Assembly: GCA_051251915.1 (NCBI GenBank)
Contig: JBPOGF010000016.1
Location: 1-64,000, forward strand
Source: Akkermansiaceae bacterium
GTDB taxonomy: Bacteria > Verrucomicrobiota > Verrucomicrobiia > Verrucomicrobiales > Akkermansiaceae
Reading direction: 5' to 3'
Length of the DNA stretch: 64,000 bases
The notes under the pieces: model-generated
What the model saw: only the letters and a program-made list of their open reading frames with translations
What the model was told of the DNA's origin: nothing
Databases searched by the model: none
Program-made: the position numbers and the translations under genes
In this document: positions 56,225 through 64,000 of the stretch, in pieces
How positions within the stretch are numbered: position 1 is the first letter of the stretch
Layout: each line of letters starts with the position of its first letter

Positions 56225-59200
56225 CTATTGGATGGGTTTGGCGCGGGGGACGGCTTGGGCTTTTCCGGGTTTGAATAGTGGGACGTTAAAGTCGCGTGGG
56301 GGGTCGAAGGGGACGAGTTTCCAGGATGGGTTTTTGTAGTGGCCTCTGCCGCGGACTTGGATGAGGCCGGTTTCGGCGGGTTTTTTATTGAGGAAGACGG
56401 CTCTGAGCATGTGGATGGGGAGCTTGATGATTTCAGCGCCGAGCTCCATTGCTTTTCCTAGGAGTCCGCGGTAGTTGACGCGGATGGTGATGTCGATGTT
56501 GTCTGTGTTGAGGTTGACTGAACCTTCGCCGAAGAAGGTGAGGCTGGGGGTGAGGGACTGGATGTCATCAGTGATGATGACGCCGTTGACGACTTTGAAT
56601 CTGGCAGAGATGTCTTTAAGTCGTTCGTTGAGTGCTTGTCCACCTGCGATGGGTGAGATGAATGGATTGATAATGATGCTGACTGGGCCAAGGACTGGGA
56701 CTGAGACTAGGTCGCCATTTTCTAGAGCGAAGGTTCCCATGGTGCCTTTTTTGGTATTGAATGAAGCGATGTCATCAGACTTGCCTTGGAACTGGATATT
56801 TCCGCGTAGGCGGCCGCGCTGGACTTCATCGAAGTTGTAGGTGATGCCTAGCTGTCTGAAGCTAATGTTTTGCCAATTCAGGTCACCATGGTAGGTGACT
56901 GGGCCGCTGTTAGGGATGGTGAAGTAGAGGTTACCTTGGGCGAGTCCGTTGTCGAAGAGTTGGGATCTTAGCTTTCTGACTTTGACTTCATTTTTCACTA
57001 TTTGGATATTAGCGGAGAAGTTGCTGAGTAATAAATTTCCATCGAGGAACATGTATCTGGTGTTAGATCCGGGGCAGGAGAGGTTGCAGGTGAAGTTGAT
57101 TTTTTGATCCTTGAGAGAGCGGGGGACGGTGTCGAAAACGCCAGAGGCGGAGAGGGTGGGAGGATTGTAGAACTGGTATTCTTCGAGGTGATCTGCAACG
57201 TCTGAGTGGAATAATCTAGCGATGGGTGCTGGGTGTGCGCGTCCTTTTACTCCGTCTAGAGTGGCTGTTTTTTTAGCATTATCGATGTAGGTTTTTTCAA
57301 TGGTGGCTTCTCCTTTGGCGGAGCCTTTGAAAAGCTTGTAGAGTTCGTAGTTGCTGTAGTCGAAAACTAGGCGGCTGTCGGTAGCGAGTAAGCCATCATG
57401 GTTGATCTTGTAGTTAGATTTGATGGAGTGTAGGGGGACGCCGTTAAATTTGAGTTCGGTGAATGTGGCTTCTCCTTCTGATTCCCAGTCTGTTTTGTCT
57501 GTGCGACTGAGCTTTCCCTTAGTTGAGATGTAGCTGTTAGATTGGTTGTCGATGTCTGCCTTTGACAAGAATTCGACGAGTTTGTCGTTCTTGATGAATG
57601 GCATGAGTAGGTAAGGATTTAGCGTGGAGATGAGGTCGAAGTTGTAGTAGTCATCAGTAGTGTAGAAGTTGCCAACGAGTTTTCCGGAGGGGTGCTCGGC
57701 GTTGATTTCAGTGATCTTGATTTGCTTGTTTTGGAAGTTGACTGTGGCTTTTAGTGAATCCAATGTGGAGCCTTTGACTTGTGGTTTGGTGAAGTTTACT
57801 TTGGCATTAAGAGCTTCATCTTTCCAATGAAATGAGGAGTCTAGTTGCTGGAGTGACATGTCCTTGAAGGTGGTATCTTGGAGGGTGACGCTGCCGCTGA
57901 GGGTGCCATCTAGCCAACGGAATTTGGTGAGTAAGGACTCGGTGTAGAGATCGTTGTAGGTGACTTTGGTAATGTGGAGTTCGCCATCCGAGACCCAGTC
58001 TGTGAGGTCGTTGGCGTTGATGTTACCTTTTGATTTGCAGAAGACTTTGGAGTCGGGGTGGAGTTTTATCTGATTGAGAGCAGCTTCTACTTTTCCGCCT
58101 GGTTTGATGAATGGTAAGAATGCACGTTTTGGGAGTGTGCTTTCAGTGTCGTAGGTGACGATGTTGTTTTTGATGAGGAGTCTGCCTCGGAGGTAGCCGT
58201 CTGGGCTTTTCATGATGAGGCGGTCTAGATAGACGTCACCATTTTCCCATGAGAAGTCAGAGCTAAAGGAGTCAAACTTAGACCCTAGATACTCGTATGA
58301 TTTAAGCTGCGCCTTGCCGATGGCTTTGATCTCTAGCTCGCTGAATGGGTTGATGAATGATGGTAGGACGGATGAGAGGGACATGTCGTCTTCCTTGGTA
58401 GGTAGCTTGAAGTAGCCTTTTGCGTTGATGTCTGATCCGCCTGTGATGTTGAAGCCTTTGAAGAGCTCGCGGTTAAAGAAGGTGAGGACGAATTTCTGGA
58501 TATGGATGTTGCTATCAATGTGAAACCTGCCGTCTCTGATGGTGAAGTCATAGTCCATCTCAACGTAGGCTTCGTTGTCTTCATTTTTAAAGGAGAGGCT
58601 ATCGACAGTGATGAGGTTGTGGTTGAAATCTCCGATTGTTTGGACCTTGCTCAGGGTGTATCCATTGTAATCTAGCTCGGGGGCGAGGAGGTCAAATTCG
58701 ATCTTGATTTTTTCTGGTGAGTTGATGTCTCCTTCTACAAATAAGCTTAGGTCTGGTGGGGTAGATGAATCCCAGGTCCAGTTATCTAGGTAGTCGATAA
58801 ACTTGAGGTATGACTCGGCACGTTTTGCAGCCATTTCTGGGTGAGTTGGTGAAGTTGGGAGATCTAGCTCTTGCCAGAGGTTTCCGGCGAGGGTGATGTT
58901 GATTCCCATGTATTGGGCGGTGAGGCGGTTGGTGGAGATTGAGCCGGCTTCGGGGAATTCTATGTTGCCGTTGATGTTACTAATTTTTATTCTGGCGGTG
59001 GCGGGATCTAGTGGGTTGATGGGGATTTCAATATCAGCTTCTTTGAGCGAGAGGCTATTTATCTTACGGATGCCTCTTAAGAGCTTGGTTTTATCAAGGT
59101 TGATACAGACTTCTGGGAGTGAGGCTAGCTTGGTCAGTCGTTCAGAGTCGCCGTAGAAGTGGACATTGGTGGCGACTAATCCATCGGTCATTTTGTATTT

Positions 59201-59383
59201 GAGGCTATCAAATTCTACGAAGATCCCGCGTCTCTCAAGTTCGGTGGAGATATGGTCACGGATGTCTTGGTTTAGGCCCGTGCTGTTGAGATAAAACAAG
59301 CCGCCAGCCGCTGTGATCATGCCAAGGACAAATAAGATTGTCAGCGTGATGCGGAGTCTAATGATAATGCGGCGGATGAGCAT
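56225..59383 (-). CDS. AsmA-like (TamB/YhdP superfamily) envelope protein
   Basis: Single N-terminal TM then about 1000 aa beta-rich sequence with an AsmA-like C-terminal region. Confidence 0.7.
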   Translation of the reverse strand: MLIRRIIIRLRITLTILFVLGMITAAGGLFYLNSTGLNQDIRDHISTELERRGIFVEFDSLKYKMTDGLVATNVHFYGDSERLTKLASLPEVCINLDKTKLLRGIRKINSLSLKEADIEIPINPLDPATARIKISNINGNIEFPEAGSISTNRLTAQYMGINITLAGNLWQELDLPTSPTHPEMAAKRAESYLKFIDYLDNWTWDSSTPPDLSLFVEGDINSPEKIKIEFDLLAPELDYNGYTLSKVQTIGDFNHNLITVDSLSFKNEDNEAYVEMDYDFTIRDGRFHIDSNIHIQKFVLTFFNRELFKGFNITGGSDINAKGYFKLPTKEDDMSLSSVLPSFINPFSELEIKAIGKAQLKSYEYLGSKFDSFSSDFSWENGDVYLDRLIMKSPDGYLRGRLLIKNNIVTYDTESTLPKRAFLPFIKPGGKVEAALNQIKLHPDSKVFCKSKGNINANDLTDWVSDGELHITKVTYNDLYTESLLTKFRWLDGTLSGSVTLQDTTFKDMSLQQLDSSFHWKDEALNAKVNFTKPQVKGSTLDSLKATVNFQNKQIKITEINAEHPSGKLVGNFYTTDDYYNFDLISTLNPYLLMPFIKNDKLVEFLSKADIDNQSNSYISTKGKLSRTDKTDWESEGEATFTELKFNGVPLHSIKSNYKINHDGLLATDSRLVFDYSNYELYKLFKGSAKGEATIEKTYIDNAKKTATLDGVKGRAHPAPIARLFHSDVADHLEEYQFYNPPTLSASGVFDTVPRSLKDQKINFTCNLSCPGSNTRYMFLDGNLLLSNFSANIQIVKNEVKVRKLRSQLFDNGLAQGNLYFTIPNSGPVTYHGDLNWQNISFRQLGITYNFDEVQRGRLRGNIQFQGKSDDIASFNTKKGTMGTFALENGDLVSVPVLGPVSIIINPFISPIAGGQALNERLKDISARFKVVNGVIITDDIQSLTPSLTFFGEGSVNLNTDNIDITIRVNYRGLLGKAMELGAEIIKLPIHMLRAVFLNKKPAETGLIQVRGRGHYKNPSWKLVPFDPPRDFNVPLFKPGKAQAVPRAKPIQ

Positions 59384-59483
59384 GAAACGGGTGAGTGATA
59401 GCGTTAGCTCAAGCTAACACTCCCAGCTTAGTTTGCAATCTATTACACCGCATTACAGCGTATTGCGCTGGGTTAGGGCGTTT

Positions 59484-60467
59484 TTAAGGCACTACGACGC
59501 GTTTTAGGATGCGCTGGATGATCTCGTCTGTGGTTACATTTTCCGCCTCGGCTTCATAGCTGAGTAGGATGCGGTGGCGGAAAACATCAGGAGCTAGGTC
59601 CTTGATGTCTTGTGGGGTTACGAAGGATCTGCCTGCCATGAAGGCATTGGCTTTCGAGGCTAGGGCTAAATTAATGGTGGCACGCGGTGATGCACCGGAG
59701 CGGATGAGAGGAGCTAGGCTAGGGTCTACTTTTCCTGGTCTGCGGGTGCAGTGGACTAGCTCGACGATGTATTCTTTGATGGCTGAGTCGATGTAGATGT
59801 TGTTGACTATGTCTCGGCATTTTTTCACTTCATCGGCTGAAATGACTTTTTTGGTGCCTGGGATTTTGTCAGAGGTCGCCATGCGATCTAGGATCTTGAG
59901 CTCGTCTTGTTTGGATGGGTAGTCGACGTGGACTTTGAGGAGGAATCTGTCTAGTTGGGCCTCGGGGAGCTGGTAGGTTCCTTCTTGGTCGATGGGGTTT
60001 TGGGTGGCGAGGACTAGGAATGGGTCAGGAAGGGGGTAGGAGGTGTCGCCGATGGTTACTTGCTTTTCCTGCATGGCTTCTAGCAGGGCTGACTGGACTT
60101 TGGCGGGTGCGCGGTTGATTTCATCTGCTAGGATGAGGTTGCTGAAAATGGGGCCGAGTTTGGGGCTGAATGACATTTCCTGGGGATTGTAAATCATCGT
60201 ACCGAGCAGGTCAGCGGGGAGGAGGTCTGGGGTGAACTGGATTCTTGAGAAGCCTGTGTCTAGACAGCCGGCTAGGGAGTTGATGGCTAGAGTCTTGGCT
60301 AATCCTGGGACGCCTTCTAGGATAATGTGGCCGCTGCTGAGGAGGCCGATGATGAGGCGATCTACGAGTTGGTCTTGCCCTACGAGAACGTTGGCCATTT
60401 CTGTTTTTAGCGATTTGGTCCAGGTGTGTTGATCCTGGACGAGTTGGGCAAATTCTTCGTGATTCAT
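59484..60467 (-). CDS. MoxR family AAA+ ATPase
   Basis: LEGVPGLAKT, RIQFTPDLLPAD, LADEINRA, ATQNPI, YQLPEAQLDRF, GASPRA. Confidence 0.95.
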   Translation of the reverse strand: MNHEEFAQLVQDQHTWTKSLKTEMANVLVGQDQLVDRLIIGLLSSGHIILEGVPGLAKTLAINSLAGCLDTGFSRIQFTPDLLPADLLGTMIYNPQEMSFSPKLGPIFSNLILADEINRAPAKVQSALLEAMQEKQVTIGDTSYPLPDPFLVLATQNPIDQEGTYQLPEAQLDRFLLKVHVDYPSKQDELKILDRMATSDKIPGTKKVISADEVKKCRDIVNNIYIDSAIKEYIVELVHCTRRPGKVDPSLAPLIRSGASPRATINLALASKANAFMAGRSFVTPQDIKDLAPDVFRHRILLSYEAEAENVTTDEIIQRILKRVVVP

Positions 60468-60522
60468 GTTGCTGAGTAGATGGTTGAGTGGGGGGAGATT
60501 TTAGATGGAGATTGAGGTCAGA

Positions 60523-61008
60523 TTATTTTCTGAGTTGTAGTTGCTCGAAGACAAATTGGGGGACGTATCTGCGGACGATGTCTTCCCAGCCATCTGGGCC
60601 GATGAGGCTTTTGATCATGCTTGAAGATACTTCGGCGATGTCTCGAGGGGGCATGAGGAATGAGGTGGTGATTTCTGGTGCCATGTCTGCGTTGATGTGG
60701 CGCATTACTCGCTCGTATTCGTAGTCGTTTGGTGAGCGTATGCCACGGAGGATGTAGTGGGCATCGACTTCATGGGCGTAATCTACGAGGTAGCGATTGT
60801 CGAACTGGGCGATGGTGAGGCGCTCGCATGAGGGAATGCTCTCACGTAGCATTTTAAGTCGCTCAGGTACACTGAATGTGTAGTCTTTAGCTGGGTTTGA
60901 GCCGATGGCTACGTAGAGGTGATCAAAGAGTTTTAGTCCTTGTTCAATCATCCAGACATGGCCGTTTGTAGGTGGGTCAAATGACCCTGCATAGACTGCG
61001 GTGCGCAT
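60523..61008 (-). CDS. coaD: Phosphopantetheine adenylyltransferase
   Basis: [20 protein letters not shown]...[12 protein letters not shown]. Confidence 0.95.
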   Translation of the reverse strand: MRTAVYAGSFDPPTNGHVWMIEQGLKLFDHLYVAIGSNPAKDYTFSVPERLKMLRESIPSCERLTIAQFDNRYLVDYAHEVDAHYILRGIRSPNDYEYERVMRHINADMAPEITTSFLMPPRDIAEVSSSMIKSLIGPDGWEDIVRRYVPQFVFEQLQLRK

Positions 61009-61088
61009 GAAGATATATTCTACAGATCTGGAGATTTGTCATCAGATTTCTTCTTAAACATTTTTTATGCGGGGGGAAGCGTGGTGGC

Positions 61089-62261
61089 TTAGGGGAGTCT
61101 GTCTATGAACCAGAGTATTCCGAAGGAGGTGATAGTGAGGGCTGTGATGGTTCTGAGTGATTTTTCTAGCTGTTTTGACTGAGTTTTTCTCACATAGATG
61201 AGTAGGCTGAAACATGCTATTACGAGAATGGCTTGAGCAATTTCTATTCCTAGGTTGGCCCATATTAGCGGCTGGATCCAGTGGTCTGCGCTGAGGAACT
61301 GTAGGGTGCTGCCTAGGCTGCCTGCGAAACCAAGTCCGTGGATGAAGCCGAAAAGAGCGATGAGGGCGCAACGCCATTTTAGTGTGGTTTTGAAGAAAAT
61401 GCTTTCGATGGCGATGAAGGCGATGCTTAGGGCGATGAGGGCTTCGATATAGGCGGAGATGTCATATGAATAGATGGGGAGTAGCTTGGAGATGACTAGC
61501 GCCATGCTGAGGGCGTGAGCGAGGGTGAAGACGAGGGATTGCCAGAGAAGTTGGCGGATGGTGTTAGCCATCAGGCATATGCCGATGATAAATAGGACGT
61601 GGTCTAGGCCGTCTGGGATGACGTGTCTGAATCCTAGGACGATCAATTGGAGGGTGGAGAAGCTGGTTTTTTCTGGGTGTGTTTCTTTTATTGGTGCTGT
61701 AGCTACATGGGAAGGTTTGGAGATGCTGTCTAGCTCTAGAAGCATGGTGGGCTTTACGGTTTCGAAGGTGATCTTGCCGGCGACATCATTTGCGATGACG
61801 AGATCTGGGAAGTTGCCGTCTTTTATTCTTAGTGATAATTTTGCTGGAGTTTCGCTGGTGATTTCTGGGGTGAGTTCAATGGTGTAGTAGGCGCCTTCGT
61901 TTAGTAGTTTGATGAAGGGGTAGGGTTTTTGTTTGAAGTCAGGGAAAGTGATTTTGTAATCTATCGGTTTGCCGTCGGATGCGAACTGGATGTAGCTGCG
62001 GAGGTAGAGGCTAGCTTCATGGATGAGTAGGAGGTGGTCGTCATCAGATTGCTCGTCAAGCCAGGTACGTTTGGGTTGTGGGGCTTGTGGGATGTCACGC
62101 ACTTCTGGCATGGCGTAGGCGACATCGAAATTCACTACGACTACTCCACTTCCTTGTCGGTAGTCGGCATAGAATTGCTCTACTACGTGAGCTTGCGCAT
62201 GAGCAATTAATAGAAAATAAGCCCAGAAAAATGAGCGAAGGAAAAACTTACCTCTAGGCAT
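61089..62261 (-). CDS. HupE/UreJ family membrane protein with periplasmic N-terminal domain
   Basis: AQAH, GFRHVIPDGLDHVLF, FTLAH, FGFIHGLGFA, NLGIE.AQ. Confidence 0.85.
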   Translation of the reverse strand: MPRGKFFLRSFFWAYFLLIAHAQAHVVEQFYADYRQGSGVVVVNFDVAYAMPEVRDIPQAPQPKRTWLDEQSDDDHLLLIHEASLYLRSYIQFASDGKPIDYKITFPDFKQKPYPFIKLLNEGAYYTIELTPEITSETPAKLSLRIKDGNFPDLVIANDVAGKITFETVKPTMLLELDSISKPSHVATAPIKETHPEKTSFSTLQLIVLGFRHVIPDGLDHVLFIIGICLMANTIRQLLWQSLVFTLAHALSMALVISKLLPIYSYDISAYIEALIALSIAFIAIESIFFKTTLKWRCALIALFGFIHGLGFAGSLGSTLQFLSADHWIQPLIWANLGIEIAQAILVIACFSLLIYVRKTQSKQLEKSLRTITALTITSFGILWFIDRLP

Positions 62262-62282
62262 GGATTTAATGGAAGGAGTGCT

Positions 62283-63965
62283 CTATTTGAATTCAATTTT
62301 GATGCCGCGCGTTCTCCAAGCTTTGGTGATGTCTTCTTCTAGTTCTTCAAATGTTCGGCCAGCGAGTAGGACCTTGAGTGCGTCTTCACCGAGTTTGCCG
62401 TCATTGAGTGCGGTGAGGAATAGGTTGATGTTCTTGCGGTCGCCATCGTCTTCCATGTGCATGAAGTAGTAGGTAATGAGAGCACCTAGTCCGTAGTTGA
62501 AATTTCCATTTAATGTGAACTCACCGTAGCTCATGAGCATGAATTTTTTGAGTTTAGGGGCTTTGAGTTCATCTCCGAGGTAGCGGCCTTGGCCGTCTTT
62601 TCTAGAGCCTTCTGTGACGTAGCTTCTGATGTCGTTGAGGTTGCCATTTACCATGAATTTTCCGGATCGGTATGCTGTGGCGGCGATGTATTCAGCGAGT
62701 CCTTCTGAGAACCATCCTAGGGCACCGTGATTGAAATACTCGGTGTTGGTGAGTTGGTGGGTGATTTCGTGGGGGAGGGTTTTGTTGCTGACTTTGTAGT
62801 CAAACATGTAGCGGCTGCCGACTTTCTTTACGCCTAGGCTAGAAAGAGGAACCATGATGAAGCCGGAGCTAGGCATGTAAACTCCTGCGGAGCCTGGAGG
62901 GCCTCCGTTTTTATAATAGGAGGATTCTGATTCAAAGAGTAGGATCTTAAATTTTACGGTGTCCTCTGGCATGTGTGCCTTTACCATGGAGAGGGGAATT
63001 TCTTGGCAGTATAGGCGGGTGGATTCGAAGAGGGTGGAGAAGTTCTTGATGATGTTTTTAGAAATCTGGACATCGCTGATGAACTCGTAGTTGGGGCTTT
63101 GGTAGATGAAGACATTTTCTTCTTGGTTTTCTTTGATAATGGTAATTTCTGGAGCGTCAGATTTTATGAGTTTTGGCCAGTCAGCATCAAAGTTTTCCTT
63201 CACGCTGTATTTTAGCTGTAGAGCGCGGGTTCCTCCAAGGCTGATGGATTCTCTCATTGATTTTTCTGACTCAACGTAGGGTCCCGAATCGACAACTGAG
63301 GTGGTGGGGTCTTCTGCTTGTGCTGGCTGAGAATCTGGTTTGGGCATTTCCTCAACCATTTTATTGCTCCCTGTTTTGTTTTCTAGGCCTAGTTGAGTTA
63401 GGCCATCTTTCGGCTCATGGAAGGTTAGGTCTACTTTTATAATATTCTTTTTGGAATATACTTTGAAGGTGACGACGTAATTATCTGAGACCCATGCTAC
63501 GCTTGTGATATCTCTGCCGAATGAATTTTTTGTTTTTGGGAGTTGGATGCTTTTTGTTCGTAATTCTTTGTTGATCATTGTGCGCCATTTTACGATGTCC
63601 TTAATGATCTCTTCGTTGGTCATTTCTGTTGCCTGCTTTTCGGTGATGACTCTGTAGCAAAGTGCACGGGTTAGTTTTGTGTCATTATTGAGTTTTAGGA
63701 CAAGTTGTCTAACTGGTTGGCCCCAGAGTAGCATGTCCTTTCTCCAGCAGAGAAACTCGGCTGGTTGCTTTGATTTTTTCCAATTTAGATGAGAGCGAGT
63801 GGCTGCTATTTGCGGCTTAGTCATGCTCCAAACTTTGGAGTCTTCTATGAATACATCAACACTCCTATTGTGTGTAGGGGTGGTCTGTGCGGTAACATGT
63901 AAGCTTGTTAGCGATATAAATAACGACAGATATGCGAATGGGGCGAACGACAGGGCTTTAAGCAT
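62283..63965 (-). CDS. Exported protein with a gluzincin-like (DUF1570-type) metallopeptidase domain
   Basis: Signal peptide; LPHEITHQL and WFSEGLAEY. Confidence 0.7.
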   Translation of the reverse strand: MLKALSFAPFAYLSLFISLTSLHVTAQTTPTHNRSVDVFIEDSKVWSMTKPQIAATRSHLNWKKSKQPAEFLCWRKDMLLWGQPVRQLVLKLNNDTKLTRALCYRVITEKQATEMTNEEIIKDIVKWRTMINKELRTKSIQLPKTKNSFGRDITSVAWVSDNYVVTFKVYSKKNIIKVDLTFHEPKDGLTQLGLENKTGSNKMVEEMPKPDSQPAQAEDPTTSVVDSGPYVESEKSMRESISLGGTRALQLKYSVKENFDADWPKLIKSDAPEITIIKENQEENVFIYQSPNYEFISDVQISKNIIKNFSTLFESTRLYCQEIPLSMVKAHMPEDTVKFKILLFESESSYYKNGGPPGSAGVYMPSSGFIMVPLSSLGVKKVGSRYMFDYKVSNKTLPHEITHQLTNTEYFNHGALGWFSEGLAEYIAATAYRSGKFMVNGNLNDIRSYVTEGSRKDGQGRYLGDELKAPKLKKFMLMSYGEFTLNGNFNYGLGALITYYFMHMEDDGDRKNINLFLTALNDGKLGEDALKVLLAGRTFEELEEDITKAWRTRGIKIEFK

Positions 63966-64000
63966 CCCTATATCCTCTCTGGTTAGGCATGGTTGTCCAG

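Overview
Bacterial chromosome window, probably from a marine Verrucomicrobiota/PVC organism (inferred from gene content: sulfatases, tandem DUF1080, tandem GspE/PilB, SahR-metK-ahcY, A/C-rich leaders). The + strand is strongly G/T-skewed. Most of the window is backbone: a general-stress cluster with an ANTAR regulator, amtB, a ferritin-like/ATP-grasp fusion, a T2SS/type IV pilus cluster, malQ plus a GH13 enzyme, a CAU tRNA (probably Ile2), engB, comM, the SAM-cycle genes, two sulfatases, a DUF3450/ExbB/ExbD/TonB/TPR operon, RimK-RCK_C with an AstE/AspA deacylase, a 3-keto-glycoside catabolism cluster, a very small kinase with a PP2C phosphatase, a HerA-like ATPase, AsmA-like, MoxR and coaD. 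There are three accessory patches. (1) 1-1360: a pentapeptide-repeat/TIR gene with integron-cassette boundaries, an upstream attC-like site and a group IIC intron remnant inserted in its own attC. This is the best candidate for an undescribed (defence) system. (2) 25.8-27.1 kb: a frameshifted polyvalent-type kinase and hypothetical genes. (3) 37.9-42.95 kb: two orphan Rhs toxin/immunity modules separated by IS110 and IS481-like debris. All calls were made by eye from motifs; no database searches were run.
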